From NCBI RefSeq assembly GCF_003334405.1, contig NZ_QOWM01000001.1: 64,000 nt of DNA; one strand, given 5' to 3'. Shown here one piece after another: positions 48,296 to 60,390 of the stretch. A program made the translations under genes and the position numbers. The notes under the pieces were generated by a model. It did not search any database. It had not been told where the DNA came from and saw only the letters and a list, made by a program, of their open reading frames with translations. This DNA comes from Escherichia coli (GTDB lineage Bacteria; Pseudomonadota; Gammaproteobacteria; Enterobacterales; Enterobacteriaceae). How positions within the stretch are numbered: the stretch's first letter is position 1; every line of letters begins with the position of its first letter.

Positions 48296-50308
48296 TTACA
48301 ACACCTCGCGAACCGAGATCCCCAGCCGCTGCATTCGTGACAGCAGCGTGGTGCGCTTCATCCCTAATCGCGTCGCTGCGCCACGGGGCCCGGCAACAAT
48401 GCCATTGGTTTCTCGCAATACCTGAACAATGCGCTGACGTTCTTCTTCGTCATTCTCTGGCGTCGTCGGGTGCAGTAACTGCGCCATTGAACTGCGAAGC
48501 GCTGAATCTTCATTTAGCGTCGGCAGTAAACGGCTTTGTCGGACATTTAGATGTAAATTCAGACTGTTACCACGAGTCAACAGTACCGCCCGCTCAATCA
48601 CGTTTTCCAGCTCGCGCACGTTGCCCGGCCAATCCCACGACATCAACTGGCGTAGTGCCTCGGTCGGGATGGCGTCAATTGCGCGATTCATATGGCGCGC
48701 CATTTTTTGCGTGAAATGTTTTGCTAAAAGAGGGATATCTTCCGGACGGTCGCGTAGCGGCGGCAATTCCAGTGGGAAGACATTCAGGCGATAAAAGAGA
48801 TCGCTGCGAAACTGGCGATCTTCAACCATTTGCCACAAATCACGGTTGGTGGCGGCAATGACTCTGACATTCACCGGGATCGTTCTACTCCCGCCGAGAC
48901 GCTCAATCTCCCGCTCCTGCAATACGCGCAGCAGTTTAGGCTGAAGTTCTAACGGCAGATCGCCAATTTCATCGAGAAACAACGTGCCGCCATCGGCAAT
49001 TTCAAAACGACCACGATGGGTATTAATCGCACCAGTAAACGCCCCTTTGTCATGACCGAATAACTCACTTTCCAGAAGACTGGCGGGGATGGCAGCGCAG
49101 TTGATTTTGACCAGCGGCTTGTCGCGTCGCGGGCTAAGTTGATGGATCGCTCTGGCGATCACCTCTTTGCCAGTTCCGGTTTCACCACAAATCAACACCG
49201 TACTGTCGCTCTTCGCCACAATATCTACCTGCTGGAGCAGGTCTTCCATTGCCTGGCTTTGATAGATAATGTCACCGATGCCCAGATTCGAAAGGAGCTG
49301 CTCGCTAAGCTGGTGGTTTTCTTGCTGCAAACTTTCCTGCAAATCGGTCATGCTACGCCAGGCATCGGCATTGCCAACGGCAATAGCGATGCGATCGGCT
49401 ATGTGTTGTAGTAGCTGGCAGTTTTCCTCACTAAAGAGAGTGGAAGAGGTATGCGCCAGCAACAATGCACCCGGTGTATGGTTGCCAAAGGTAAGCGGTA
49501 TAAGGAGCGCAGATTCGCAGCCGTTAGATGCAAGTAAGAGTAATAACGGGTCGCGTTGCCAGAGAAACAGATCATCTGCACGGTGCGTCAAGGTCGGTTG
49601 TCGGGTTTGTAGCGTTTGTGTCAGCAATACACTTTCGCCAGGCATACAGCGTGGCAGACACGCACAATGTGAGGCAGAAAGATCGCTGCACCACAGGCTG
49701 AACTTCTCGTTCTTTCGATGATCGCCCAGTACCATACTGACTGAAGCCAGACCGAAAAAATGATGGATCTCACGAGCGACGTCAGCGATCAGATCGTCGA
49801 GATCAAGATGTGACAGCACTGCATTAGTAATATCAACCAGTACCCGATGATGATCGCGATCTTTCTCCAGCAAACGCAGCGCCACCTGCTGTTCTTCATC
49901 ATTGAGCCATGATTGCAGAACCGGGGTGATTATCCGCGCCAGCCAGTTAAACAGTGTGCAATCCTGGGAAGTAAAACGACTGCCGTGGGTGCGAATAAAG
50001 CGTAGCTCCGCCATTCCACTACTGCCGAGAAGGACGGCGTGACGCGAATAATCGACCATCTCGCCCTGATACTCTGTTGTTGCCGTCACATCGCTGCCAT
50101 CATCATGGTAGCGGTAATAGAAGTTGCTTTTGAGAACATGCAGTTCAATAAGTTGTACCGGGCTGAACGGCGGCGGCAGCGGGATGAAGGCGCGTAATAA
50201 AGACGCCTTGCCGTGTTTCTGTGCTAACCGCTCCGCGAGCATTCCGTTTACCGCTTCAATTGTTATTCCTTGTGGCGGGGCAAACATCGCCTCGTCTGAC
50301 ATAGCCAT
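48296..50308 (-). CDS. hyfR: sigma54-dependent transcriptional activator HyfR (FhlA-like)
   Basis: ORF 48296-50311 trimmed to ATG 50308 (670 aa, [14 protein letters not shown]); AAA+ sigma54-interaction domain ([14 protein letters not shown]), C-terminal HTH. Confidence 0.95.
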   Translation of the reverse strand: MAMSDEAMFAPPQGITIEAVNGMLAERLAQKHGKASLLRAFIPLPPPFSPVQLIELHVLKSNFYYRYHDDGSDVTATTEYQGEMVDYSRHAVLLGSSGMAELRFIRTHGSRFTSQDCTLFNWLARIITPVLQSWLNDEEQQVALRLLEKDRDHHRVLVDITNAVLSHLDLDDLIADVAREIHHFFGLASVSMVLGDHRKNEKFSLWCSDLSASHCACLPRCMPGESVLLTQTLQTRQPTLTHRADDLFLWQRDPLLLLLASNGCESALLIPLTFGNHTPGALLLAHTSSTLFSEENCQLLQHIADRIAIAVGNADAWRSMTDLQESLQQENHQLSEQLLSNLGIGDIIYQSQAMEDLLQQVDIVAKSDSTVLICGETGTGKEVIARAIHQLSPRRDKPLVKINCAAIPASLLESELFGHDKGAFTGAINTHRGRFEIADGGTLFLDEIGDLPLELQPKLLRVLQEREIERLGGSRTIPVNVRVIAATNRDLWQMVEDRQFRSDLFYRLNVFPLELPPLRDRPEDIPLLAKHFTQKMARHMNRAIDAIPTEALRQLMSWDWPGNVRELENVIERAVLLTRGNSLNLHLNVRQSRLLPTLNEDSALRSSMAQLLHPTTPENDEEERQRIVQVLRETNGIVAGPRGAATRLGMKRTTLLSRMQRLGISVREVL

Positions 50309-50337
50309 CAACAGTCCTTATTAATGAGAAATCCTTC

Positions 50338-50751
50338 TCACGCAATTTTTCTGGCCATCAGATAGATGGCCGGTTCCTGCACAATTTCATCCAACAGATG
50401 AATGAATTGAATGCTACGCGCCTGCCACACAGACGTCGCGTCATCCGCCAGTGGCGCGAATGCCCGGGTCAACAGGGCGGTGTGGCTGGCGTCAATAACA
50501 ATCTCACCAAAAGTCATCACCCCCAGCATCTTACGTCGGGCTTGCTCCTCTTCGACCAGTGCAAGCCAATCTTCGTATTCCGTCAGTGGGCAGCGGAAGG
50601 CGACATTCAGACAATCAATCACGCCAACGTGATGGCCGATAGCTAGCGAGTAATACATTACCTGAGAGCTGTGTTCCGGCATCTCGTCGCTACTGGCGAC
50701 AAACTTTTTTCGCAGCGTCCAGAAAACAATTTCCCCGCACTCTTCAGTCAT
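50338..50751 (-). CDS. hyfJ: hydrogenase-4 component HyfJ (HycH-like)
   Basis: ORF 50338-50814 trimmed to ATG 50751 (137 aa, [17 protein letters not shown]). Confidence 0.9.
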
Positions 50752-51502
50752 GTAACCCCCGGAGTACGCGAAAGAGTTGCTGAACGATACTATTGAGACG
50801 TGGATCGTCGGCATCGCGCAACCAGGTGTTAACCCGATTTCCTGTAGGATCGTCGCTTAAATGGCGCAGGAGCCGATCGCAAATTTCTCGCCCCTGACGA
50901 TAGCCCGCCAGCCGCCGCGCTTCTCGCTCAATGGCGATACGCTGTGATGGCGGGATCTGCGGCCACAACGGTTGCATAGTCACCCCGGTGGGATCGCGAT
51001 AATCCACAGCGTGAATCTTCTGTTGCAGCAAACCGAGCGCCACGGCGAAACCGTGAATGGTGGCGGCCGGTGTTGGCGGGCAGCCGGGGATCCAAACATC
51101 AATGGGGACAATGGTGTCGCTACCGCCCCAGACGCTGTAGAGATCGTGGAAAATACCGCCGCCGACACCGCACGCGCCGTAGGAAACACAAATTTTATGA
51201 TCGGGGGCAGACTCATACGCCCGAAGTGCAGGCATACGCATCGCCCGGGTGACTGCGCCAGTAAATAACAAAATATCGGCGTGACGCGGTGATGAAACAA
51301 CCTTAATGCCAAAACGTTCTGCGTCGAATACTGGTGTAATGGCAGCAAAAATTTCGATTTCACAGGCGTTGCAGCCGCCGCAATCGACGCGATAAACGTA
51401 AGCCGAGCGACGGATATCCTGTAGCAAATGCCGCTTCATCTTTTGCGTTTGCTCGTCCAGCGTGATGGGCTGGCTGACATGTTGTGTAAGCACTGGACTC
51501 AT
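50744..51502 (-). CDS. hyfI: hydrogenase-4 small subunit HyfI (NuoB-like)
   Basis: 252-aa [21 protein letters not shown]; CGGCNAC and GCPP motifs. Confidence 0.95.
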
Positions 51503-52044
51503 AGCTGCTCCTTAGCCACCAGCAGTACATCTGTATCGTCGTTGATCAGCGTCGCGCGTTGTTTGCATTCCGGGCAGACGCTCGCTTGCGCCCACAACAT
51601 TTCGCGGTTTTGTGGCGCATTTTGTTGCTGTGCTAACAATTCAGCAGCCAGTGCGATGGTTTTTTGCGGGGCAAACGGGCGTTCGCAACGGCTGCAACGT
51701 TGTAGATGGAACGTCGCGCGGGTATAGAGATCGGCTTTATTGGTGACGGTCAGTTCAAAGTTATTGGTAAGCTGGATGGCTCTGGTCGGGCACACTTCTT
51801 CACAACGTCCGCAGTAAATACAACGCCCCAGATAGAGCTGCCAGGTGCGCGAATTTTGCTGGTCGTCGGTCTGGATAGTCAGCGCATTTGCCGGACAAGC
51901 ACAGGCGCAGGCACCGCAGGCAATACATTGGCTGGGCATCAGGTCCGGTTTTCCGCGAAAGCCAGGGCTGACCTCCAGTGGCGCGAAGGGATATTTCACC
52001 GTCGCGGTTCCGGCGCGCATAATAGTTTTCAGTAACTTCAGCAT
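51499..52044 (-). CDS. hyfH: hydrogenase-4 ferredoxin subunit HyfH (2x 4Fe-4S)
   Basis: 181-aa ORF; two CxxCxxCxxxCP motifs. Confidence 0.95.
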
Positions 52045-52053
52045 CTTCTGTCC

Positions 52054-53721
52054 TTACTTCAGCGGCGAACGGTTACGATCAATGCCGTAGCGTTCGATCT
52101 CTTTATACGGCACGGTTTTTGACTGGCGCTTGCGCACATCTACCAGCGTCACACGGTCGGTACAGGAGTAGCAGGGATCAAGGCTACCGATAATCAGCGG
52201 TGCGTCAGAAACGGTATTGCCGCGCAGCATGTAACGCAACACCGGCCAGTTGGCGTAGGTGGCGGCACGGCAGCGCCAGCGGAACAATTTTTGGTTATCA
52301 CCGAGCATGCTCCAGTGCACGTCTTCACCGCGTGGCGCTTCAACAAAGCCCAGCGCGAATGCGTGAGGTTTATAGCTAAAGCCTTCGGTCAGCAGTGGGG
52401 TATCCGGCATGTTGTCGAGGGCAAATTCCAGCATTGCCAGCGAATCAAACGTCTCTTTGACACGGACCATCACGCGGGAGAAAACATCGCCGCCGGTAAA
52501 GGTAAACAGTGTTTTTGGAATATTGCCGTAGTCGGCGTAGGGGTGATCAAAGCGCAAATCACGGGCGATTTGTCGGTCGAGAATGCCAATGCCCTGAGTG
52601 CGTTGTTCCATATTCGGCGTAGCAAGCAGCATCTCTACCAGCTCCGACACGTCGGCGCGCATCTCGCGCACCAGTTTCAGCGTTTGCAGACGTTGCTCTT
52701 TGAGAATATCGCGGCGAACACCACCAATCAGATTCAGACCGTAGGTTTTACGCGACCCGATCAGCAATTCCGCCATCGTCATCGACTTTTCCCGCACGCG
52801 GAAAAATTGCATAAAGCCGGTATCAAAACCAACGAAATGGCAGGAGAGGCCAAGGTTAAGCAAATGACTGTGTAGCCGTTCGACTTCCAGCAGAATCGAG
52901 CGAATAGTATGTGCTCGTTGCGGCACCTCAATCCCCAGTGCATTTTCAACCGAATTGGTATAGGCCACACTGTGGGCAAAACCGCAAATCCCACACACGC
53001 GGTCCGATAAGAAGGTCACTTCGTTGTAGCCCATCCGCGTTTCTGCCAGTTTCTCCATGCCGCGATGGACATAAAACAGGCGGTAATCAGCATCGACAAT
53101 TTGCTCGCCATCCACAAACAAGCGGAAGTGACCCGGTTCATCGGAGGTGATATGCAGCGGGCCGACAGGGATCACCCGCGCATCGCTGTTGCCCTCATTG
53201 ATAAACGGATACGTTTCGGAATCAGTCGTCGGTTCAGGGCGCAGTCGATAATCCATCGCATCTTTGCGCAGCGGATGCATATCTTCCGGCCAGTCATCGG
53301 GCAACACCAGGCGACGCTGATCCGGCAGGCCAACCGGAATCAGCCCGTACATATCGCGAATTTCTCGCTCGCCCCAGACCGCGGCAGGGACGCGCGGTGT
53401 GACTGACGGAAACTCCCGACTGTCGGCATCGACCAGCGCCTTCACCACAATCCAGCATTTTTCGGCCCCTTCCATTGAAAGGGCATAATAAACCGCGTAA
53501 TGACCGTTAAGTGTCCGCTCGTCGTTGCCAAACAGGACCGGAAGCCAGCCATCATGTTGATAATAAAGATACTGTACAACGTCAGGCAGCAGATTGATTT
53601 TCACCGTAATGGTGACCTGTTCAGGCGTTTGTCGCTCTTCATCCAGCACCGCGCCGGGGAACTGCGTTTTCAGGGCGGCGAGAATCGCTTCGCCACGATT
53701 TGACGATGAATTAACGTTCAC
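52054..53721 (-). CDS. hyfG: hydrogenase-4 large [NiFe] subunit HyfG
   Basis: ORF 52054-53766 trimmed to in-frame GTG 53721 (555 aa, (M)[16 protein letters not shown]); NiFe motifs RVCGICG and DPCYSC. Confidence 0.92.
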
Positions 53722-55291
53722 TGTGTTTCTCCGAAACAGATGCGGTGCCTGAAGGCAAAAAATCATGCCAGGTGCTACGTTGTGCAGGCAGATCGTGCGT
53801 CCCTGAGAGGACTATAGTGGAAGCGCCCGCCAGGATCCTGATGACAGGTTGTGGAATATGCGTTCCCATCGCCAGCATCATGACCAGCAGAATCACCATT
53901 GGCGAGGTGGTCAACCAGCCGAGATCACCCCGGTTAACGGCCTGCGGCGGTTTCGCCATTAACACCCGCGCAGCCATCCGTACCAGGCCCGCCAGCACCA
54001 GCGTTAACAGCAATAACAGCAGGACGATAATCAGCAGGTGATTACGTGCCAGTCCGGCGGTAATGGTCATAAATTCGCTAAGAAAAATGTTGAAGGGCGG
54101 CATCCCTGCCAGCGCCAGCGCACCGCCGCCAAACAGCACGGCGGTAAATGGCATGATTTTGAGCATCCCACAGACGACGTTGAGATCGCGCGTGCCGTAC
54201 TTGAGCAGTACATTGCCGGAACCGCAGAACAGCAGCGTTTTTGCCAGACTGTGGTTTAAGATGTGCAGCAGCGCGGCAAAAATTCCCAGCGGCCCGCCAA
54301 TGCCTAGCTCCACCGCGACCAGCCCCATGTTCTCCACGCTGGAGTACGCCAGCAGACGCTTAATGTCCCGCTGTACCAGAATGAAAAATGCCGCCACGGC
54401 AACCGACAACATGCCGAAGATGAGCAACAACCGGTTGGGGAAATCGCTGCCGATGGCTTGGCAAATAATGATGTAATAGCGAATCAGCACCAACAGCGCG
54501 CAGTTCAGCAATACGGCGGAGAGCAGGGCGCTGACCGGACTCGGCGCTTCACTGTGAGCATCCGGCAGCCAGGCGTGCATGGGAAATAGCCCGGTTTTGG
54601 TACCAAAGCCAATTAGCAAAAACACAAAGGCCAACAGCATTAATGTTGGGTCAAGCAAGGACGATTGCTTAAGAACCTCGCTCCAGAATATCGCCATTTC
54701 TGCCTGCGGCATAACGCTGGCGGCGTTGGCGTATACCAGCACGGTACCGAACAGACCAAAAGCGACACCAACAGTACAAATAATGATGTACTTCCATGCA
54801 GCTTCCAGCGATGAACGCTGACCGTAAATGCCTACCAGAAACGCCGAGCTTAAGGTGGTGGCTTCGATCGCCGCCCACATCACAATCAGGTTATTGCTGG
54901 TAACAACCAGCAGCATGGTGAACAAAAACAGATGGAAGAAACCGTAGTAATCGCACAGCGTAACGGGTGAAAGCTCGCCGTGTGCCACTTCATGACGCAT
55001 GTAGCCAATCGAGTAAATACCGGTGAGAAAGCCAATCACACCAAGAATGGCGAGGAACAAACCGCCCAGACCATCAATATGAAGCCACAGTCCCGCAGCG
55101 AATATTTCTCCTGCATCAGCGGCAGTTTGGACCACCCAGAGTGCCAGAATCAGCAGCAGTGTGATCCCTAAGCTATGTAATACGGTCACCGTGCGAGTCG
55201 CAGAAAGTCTCCGTTTCCGGCAGGCAAAACAGAGCAGCGAAAAAAGCAGCGGCGTGAGCAGGAGTAAAGCGAACATCACAGAATAACTCAT
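53711..55291 (-). CDS. hyfF: hydrogenase-4 membrane subunit HyfF (NuoL/M/N-type antiporter-like)
   Basis: 526-aa polytopic [21 protein letters not shown]. Confidence 0.95.
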
Positions 55292-55295
55292 CTCA

Positions 55296-55946
55296 TTATC
55301 CCTTCAGCGCGGTCAAGTTGTTCACGTCCAGCGTGCCGTGGGTACGCCATATTTTTCTTGCCAGTAACACCATCACAATGACGGCGAAGATGGCGTCGGT
55401 AGCGATACCTATTTCCACCAGTTCCGGTGCTCGCCAGGCAAGAAGCGCCAGCACCAGATGGGAGCCGTTTTCCATCAGGCAGTAACCAAAAATTTGCCGC
55501 AGGATATTGCGCTGGCTGACAATGCACAGCAGGCCAAGCAGAAAATGACCTAACGCTACCGCCAGCGCCGGTTTCAGCCCGGTAGCCATCGGTAGCTTCA
55601 CGGGCTGAACGACAAATGCGCAAAGCAGGACAATTAACGCCGCGAGCAGTGCCATCATTGCCGGACCGAATAACGCTTTTTCCGGGATGTTCTGGGGAAT
55701 ATTTCGTGCAGCGTAAGTCATGATTAACGGTACCAGCAGCACTTTGGTGATAAAGGCGCTGGCGGACCAGATCAGCAGTTGCTCTGCGGCGAACAGGCAC
55801 GAGAGAGTGGCGAAAATAGACACCAGCACCAGTGACTGGCAGGCGTAAAATCCGCATGACAGGCGATAGCTTTTGACGCTAATCACAAACAGCGATGTCA
55901 GCATCATCAGTCCCGCCAGATTATTTACGATCATAGAACCGGTCAT
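55296..55946 (-). CDS. hyfE: hydrogenase-4 membrane subunit HyfE
   Basis: 216-aa polytopic [23 protein letters not shown]. Confidence 0.94.
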
Positions 55947-55957
55947 TCATCATCTCC

Positions 55958-57397
55958 TTACTGCAACCAGGTCGCGGCGATTACGCTGGAAATCAGCGAC
56001 ATCACAATCAGTACAATCAACACCAGGCGCATTGATCCTGGCAGCGGTGCGGCATCGGCGACGGCCTCGCTCGGTTTGCCAGGCACAACGCGACCAAACC
56101 AGCGAATAAACCAGGCGAAACTGGCGACCGATTCAATCATCAGAAGAATCATGGCGGGCAGCAGGATCCAGTACTCCACTGACAACGCAAAACCGGCAGC
56201 AAACAGCGGGAATTTACTGAAGAAGCCGTTGAACGGCGGCACGCCGGTAATCGCCAGCGCTGCCACGCAGAAACCCACGCCTGGCAACGGCAGGGTGTGC
56301 AATACGCCACGCAGACGCGGCAACAAGCGCGTGCCGCAGCTGTAACTCAGCGCACCTGCTACAAGGAAAAACAGGCTTTTAGCGAACGCGTGGTTGACGA
56401 TGTAGGCGATGCTGCCCTCCAGCGCCAGCCGCGAGCCGAAGATGGAGAGCGACAAGCCGAAGAACATCCAGCCAAGTTGAGTGATGGTCGACCAGGCTAG
56501 CAACCGCTTCATATCCTGCTGTGGCAAATACATCAGAAAGCCATAAAGAATGGTGACCAGTGCCATGACCATGCCAACGCCGCCAATCACATGCGGGATA
56601 TTGCCGCCGTCGATAATAGCGCGGGCAAAAATGTAAACGCCCACTTTCACCATCGATGCGGCGTGGAGATAGGCGCTGATCGGTGTTGGCGCTTCCATTG
56701 CGTCCGGTAGCCACGCTTGCATCGGTAGCTGGGCCGATTTCCCCCACGCGGCAAACAGGATGCCGCCATAAACCAGATAACGTGCGTCGCCGTGTAACTC
56801 GCTCATCGCGCTAAGCGCAAACGTTCCGGTCTGCAAAAACAGCGTGGCGGCGGCAAGATACAACCCCAACGAGCCGATATGAGTGATAAGTAACGCTTTT
56901 AGTGCTGAACGCTGCGCTTTATCGCTCTGGTAATAACTGATCAACGCCCAGGAGCAGCCGCCTGTAATTTCAAAAAACAACAACTGACCGAGCAGCGTCG
57001 AGGAGAGTACCAGTCCCGCCATCGCGCCGATAAACACCAGTAAAAATGCGTAATAACGATTCGTGCCGTTATGCGGGTGTTCGCGATTTTTATCCGTCAG
57101 ATAACCCGTGGAGTAGATCGTGACCAGCAAACCGAGAAACACCACCACAAACAGAATCAGCGTACTCACGCGATCAATGACCAGGCCAAACAACGCCACA
57201 TCCCCCACGTTGACCAACGTCAACGTGACGGCAACTTTATCGGCCTGATAAAACGCGGAGATCAGTGACAACATGCACAGCGTGGTCAGCGCGGCGAACA
57301 AAACCCCCCATTCGGCGGCCCGACGTTGTGGCGAAAACGAAACGACCAGTGCGCCGATAAAAGGCAGCAATAACGTCGTCAGAGCAAGATTTTCCAT
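55958..57397 (-). CDS. hyfD: hydrogenase-4 membrane subunit HyfD (antiporter-like)
   Basis: 479-aa polytopic ORF MENLALTTLLLPFIGALVV. Confidence 0.95.
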   Translation of the reverse strand: MENLALTTLLLPFIGALVVSFSPQRRAAEWGVLFAALTTLCMLSLISAFYQADKVAVTLTLVNVGDVALFGLVIDRVSTLILFVVVFLGLLVTIYSTGYLTDKNREHPHNGTNRYYAFLLVFIGAMAGLVLSSTLLGQLLFFEITGGCSWALISYYQSDKAQRSALKALLITHIGSLGLYLAAATLFLQTGTFALSAMSELHGDARYLVYGGILFAAWGKSAQLPMQAWLPDAMEAPTPISAYLHAASMVKVGVYIFARAIIDGGNIPHVIGGVGMVMALVTILYGFLMYLPQQDMKRLLAWSTITQLGWMFFGLSLSIFGSRLALEGSIAYIVNHAFAKSLFFLVAGALSYSCGTRLLPRLRGVLHTLPLPGVGFCVAALAITGVPPFNGFFSKFPLFAAGFALSVEYWILLPAMILLMIESVASFAWFIRWFGRVVPGKPSEAVADAAPLPGSMRLVLIVLIVMSLISSVIAATWLQ

Positions 57398-57413
57398 ATT
57401 CCGTCAGTGCTCC

Positions 57414-58361
57414 TTACAGACCGGTTAACCAGAAGACCCATGCAAGCGCAGCAAGGCTGAAGCCAAGCCAGGTCACATGGTGAATGAGTAAAAAACGCCC
57501 GCGTGCCAGCGTGTTTTCTGCGATTGAGGCCAGTACAAAAATCAGCAAAACCTTGAGCAGCGTAACGACAAGTGAAGTCAGCAGGCAGGCGAGAGAAAGT
57601 TCTTGCGCGCGCCCAAAGGGCAGAAACAGGGCCACAAACAGTGATGCCATCACGACCTGTTTCAGCCCCAGCCCCCATTTCGCTAGCGCCAGCCCGGCAC
57701 CGGAATATTCGGTCAGCGGGCCTTCCTGTAATTCCTGTTCTGCTTCAGCAACATCAAAGGGAATTTTTCCCATCTCAATGAAGCAGGCAAAACCACAGGC
57801 CAGTAACGCCAGTACGGTGGTTAGCGGCGAGTTCCAGCCCATCGCCAGCGTATTGCTGATCATCTCGATATGCGTGGAACCTGCTATCAGCGCCAATACC
57901 AGCAGTGAGAGAATAAGCATTGGTTCGACCAGAATGCCGAGCGTCAACTCGCGACTGGCACCGACTCCCGCAAACGGACTTCCGGTATCCAGCCCGGAAA
58001 GAGCAAAGAAAAAACGAAACAGGGCAAGAAGATAGATAAGGGTGATCAGATCGCCGCCGCCCGCAAAAGGGGAAACGGTAATAAACAGTGGTAAGGCCAT
58101 CGCCAGCACCAGCATGCTGCTGATTAATACCCACGGCATCAGGCGGAACATCAGACCTGAAGATGTCGGCGCAACTTCCTGGCGTTTAAACAGTTTGTGG
58201 ATATCGCGATAATCCTGCCAGATCCCCGGCCCGCGGCGGGAGTGCATACGCGCGCGTATCTGCCGGGAAATACCCGTAAAAAGTGGGGTTAGCATCAGCA
58301 GAATCACGGCCTGTGCTAACGCAAAAATGACCAGATATCCGTCGCAAAGAGTTTGTCTCAT
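57414..58361 (-). CDS. hyfC: hydrogenase-4 membrane subunit HyfC (NuoH-like)
   Basis: ORF 57414-58382 trimmed to ATG 58361 (315 aa, MRQTLCDGYLVIFALAQ). Confidence 0.92.
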   Translation of the reverse strand: MRQTLCDGYLVIFALAQAVILLMLTPLFTGISRQIRARMHSRRGPGIWQDYRDIHKLFKRQEVAPTSSGLMFRLMPWVLISSMLVLAMALPLFITVSPFAGGGDLITLIYLLALFRFFFALSGLDTGSPFAGVGASRELTLGILVEPMLILSLLVLALIAGSTHIEMISNTLAMGWNSPLTTVLALLACGFACFIEMGKIPFDVAEAEQELQEGPLTEYSGAGLALAKWGLGLKQVVMASLFVALFLPFGRAQELSLACLLTSLVVTLLKVLLIFVLASIAENTLARGRFLLIHHVTWLGFSLAALAWVFWLTGL

Positions 58362-58371
58362 GGTGATTTCC

Positions 58372-60390
58372 TTAGACGGCAATAGCGATTAGCAGCACAA
58401 CCAGTGCGGCGACCACATACAGGCAATAGAGACGAAAGTCGCCGCTTTGCAGATGCTGTATTTCTTTGGCCAGCCGTTGGGTGGCGCTCACGATGGGGCG
58501 GATCACCCGCTCATCCCAGAAGGGTTCTGTGCTCTGAGCCCTGGCGGTGACGTGCGCAAGACCTTTATTTAGCCTCAGCGTAGGGTCGAGCTGTTGTCGT
58601 AGACGAAATAGCGCAGAAAAGACCACACGCAGCGGCTGCATCACGCCATTGCCTGACGGGGCCATCGCATTTTCCCAGCCGTAGCCGCATGCCCAGGCAT
58701 CTCCTGTGCGACGAAACGCTGCGCGGCGCGAACGACACCACAGCCAGTAAAGGCCAGGCAGCAAAGGCATCGCCAGTAGTAACAGCAACAGTAATGAGGG
58801 GGTGACCTGTGTATGAAACGTGCCGGGTACAAGTGCTATTCCGCTGGCGACAGTGGCGGGAGGGGTATTGGTAAACGCATGGGCAATATGCATTATCTTC
58901 GGTGCCAGCCAACTGGCACTAAGCGCAATTAATACGCAGAGTGCCGCGAGCAGTAGCATGGCGACGATCATCGTATTTGGCACTTCCTGTGCCTCTTCAG
59001 CGTGTGTACTGCGCGGCGCACCACAGAAAGTAATACCGTACATTTTTACGAAGCACATTACTGCCAGCCCACCAGTGACTGCCAGCATTACCATAGCAAT
59101 AGGACCCGCAAGTTGTAGCGCTACGGCTTCCACACGACTTAGTGAGAACAGCGACTGCCAGGTGTACCATTCGCTGATAAAACCATTCAGCGGAGGAATG
59201 GCTGATATCGCGAGGCAACCAATCAGGCATGCTGCGGCTGTCCACGGCATCCGTTTCGCTAGTGCCCCCATTTTTTCCATGTCGTGGGTATGCAAACGCG
59301 AAATAATCGCTCCCGCGCCGAGAAATAGCAGCCCTTTGAACAGCGCATGGTTGAGCAGATGAAACAGTGCGCCGAGCAGTCCAACCACGGTGAGCAGCGG
59401 GTCGTGCAGTGACAGACCGACCATCGCCACACCGACTGCCAGCAAAATAATGCCGACGTTTTCGACGGTACTCCAGGCCAGCAGCCGTTTGATATCCTGT
59501 TCCGCCAGCGCATATAGCACGCCCAGGAGCGCGGAGATTGCGCCGATCGCCATCACCAGAATGCCCCACCACAGAGGCAAACCCGTTTGCGCCAGCAGAT
59601 CCATCGCTACTTTCAGGATGCCGAAAATACCTATTTTGACCATTACGCCAGACATCAACGCCGAAGCGTGCGATGGTGCGGCAGGGTGAGCGCGCGGCAA
59701 CCAGCTGTGCAACGGCATCATCCCGGCTTTCGCGCCAAAACCGAAAAAGGCCAGCAGGAACACCGCCGACGCCAGCCCCGGAGAAAGTGAAAGCGTGCGG
59801 AAACTGGCAAAATCGAGGCTGCCGCTTTCGCGCCCCATCAGCAAGAAGGCGATCATTATCAGCACCGATCCGGCGTGGGCGATAAAAAAGTAGAGCATGC
59901 CAGCGTTGATCGACGTTTTATCCTGCCTGGCAATGACCAGAAACCAGGAAGACAGCGACATCATTTCAAACAGCACGATGAACCAAAAAGCGTTGTCCAT
60001 CACCAGCAGGGCAACCATCGATGCGATGAAAATATTCATAAAGAAGCCCATCGCCGCCGCGCCTTTGCCCTCGTATTCGCGCATATAAGTCAATGAATAG
60101 AGAGAACAAACCACCACCAGCAAGGAGATAACCAGCACCATAAATGCCGAGAGGCTATCCATTCGCAGGGTTAAATCGGCAAATTCAAAAGGGGTGGCAA
60201 AACGGGCGACTAAAGTTACACCAGCATGTAATTGCGTAATTCCGCTGATGATGCCAATCACGCCGCCCACCAGCGATGTGATGCCGGAAAGCTTAATAGC
60301 CAGTCTGTCCAGACCGAGTAAAAACAGCGAAGCCAGACTAGCAAACAGATAGAGAATCAGCGACCAGGTTAATAATTGCAGGGCATCCAT
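58372..60390 (-). CDS. hyfB: hydrogenase-4 membrane subunit HyfB (antiporter-like)
   Basis: 672-aa polytopic ORF MDALQLLTWSLILYLFASL. Confidence 0.95.
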   Translation of the reverse strand: MDALQLLTWSLILYLFASLASLFLLGLDRLAIKLSGITSLVGGVIGIISGITQLHAGVTLVARFATPFEFADLTLRMDSLSAFMVLVISLLVVVCSLYSLTYMREYEGKGAAAMGFFMNIFIASMVALLVMDNAFWFIVLFEMMSLSSWFLVIARQDKTSINAGMLYFFIAHAGSVLIMIAFLLMGRESGSLDFASFRTLSLSPGLASAVFLLAFFGFGAKAGMMPLHSWLPRAHPAAPSHASALMSGVMVKIGIFGILKVAMDLLAQTGLPLWWGILVMAIGAISALLGVLYALAEQDIKRLLAWSTVENVGIILLAVGVAMVGLSLHDPLLTVVGLLGALFHLLNHALFKGLLFLGAGAIISRLHTHDMEKMGALAKRMPWTAAACLIGCLAISAIPPLNGFISEWYTWQSLFSLSRVEAVALQLAGPIAMVMLAVTGGLAVMCFVKMYGITFCGAPRSTHAEEAQEVPNTMIVAMLLLAALCVLIALSASWLAPKIMHIAHAFTNTPPATVASGIALVPGTFHTQVTPSLLLLLLLAMPLLPGLYWLWCRSRRAAFRRTGDAWACGYGWENAMAPSGNGVMQPLRVVFSALFRLRQQLDPTLRLNKGLAHVTARAQSTEPFWDERVIRPIVSATQRLAKEIQHLQSGDFRLYCLYVVAALVVLLIAIAV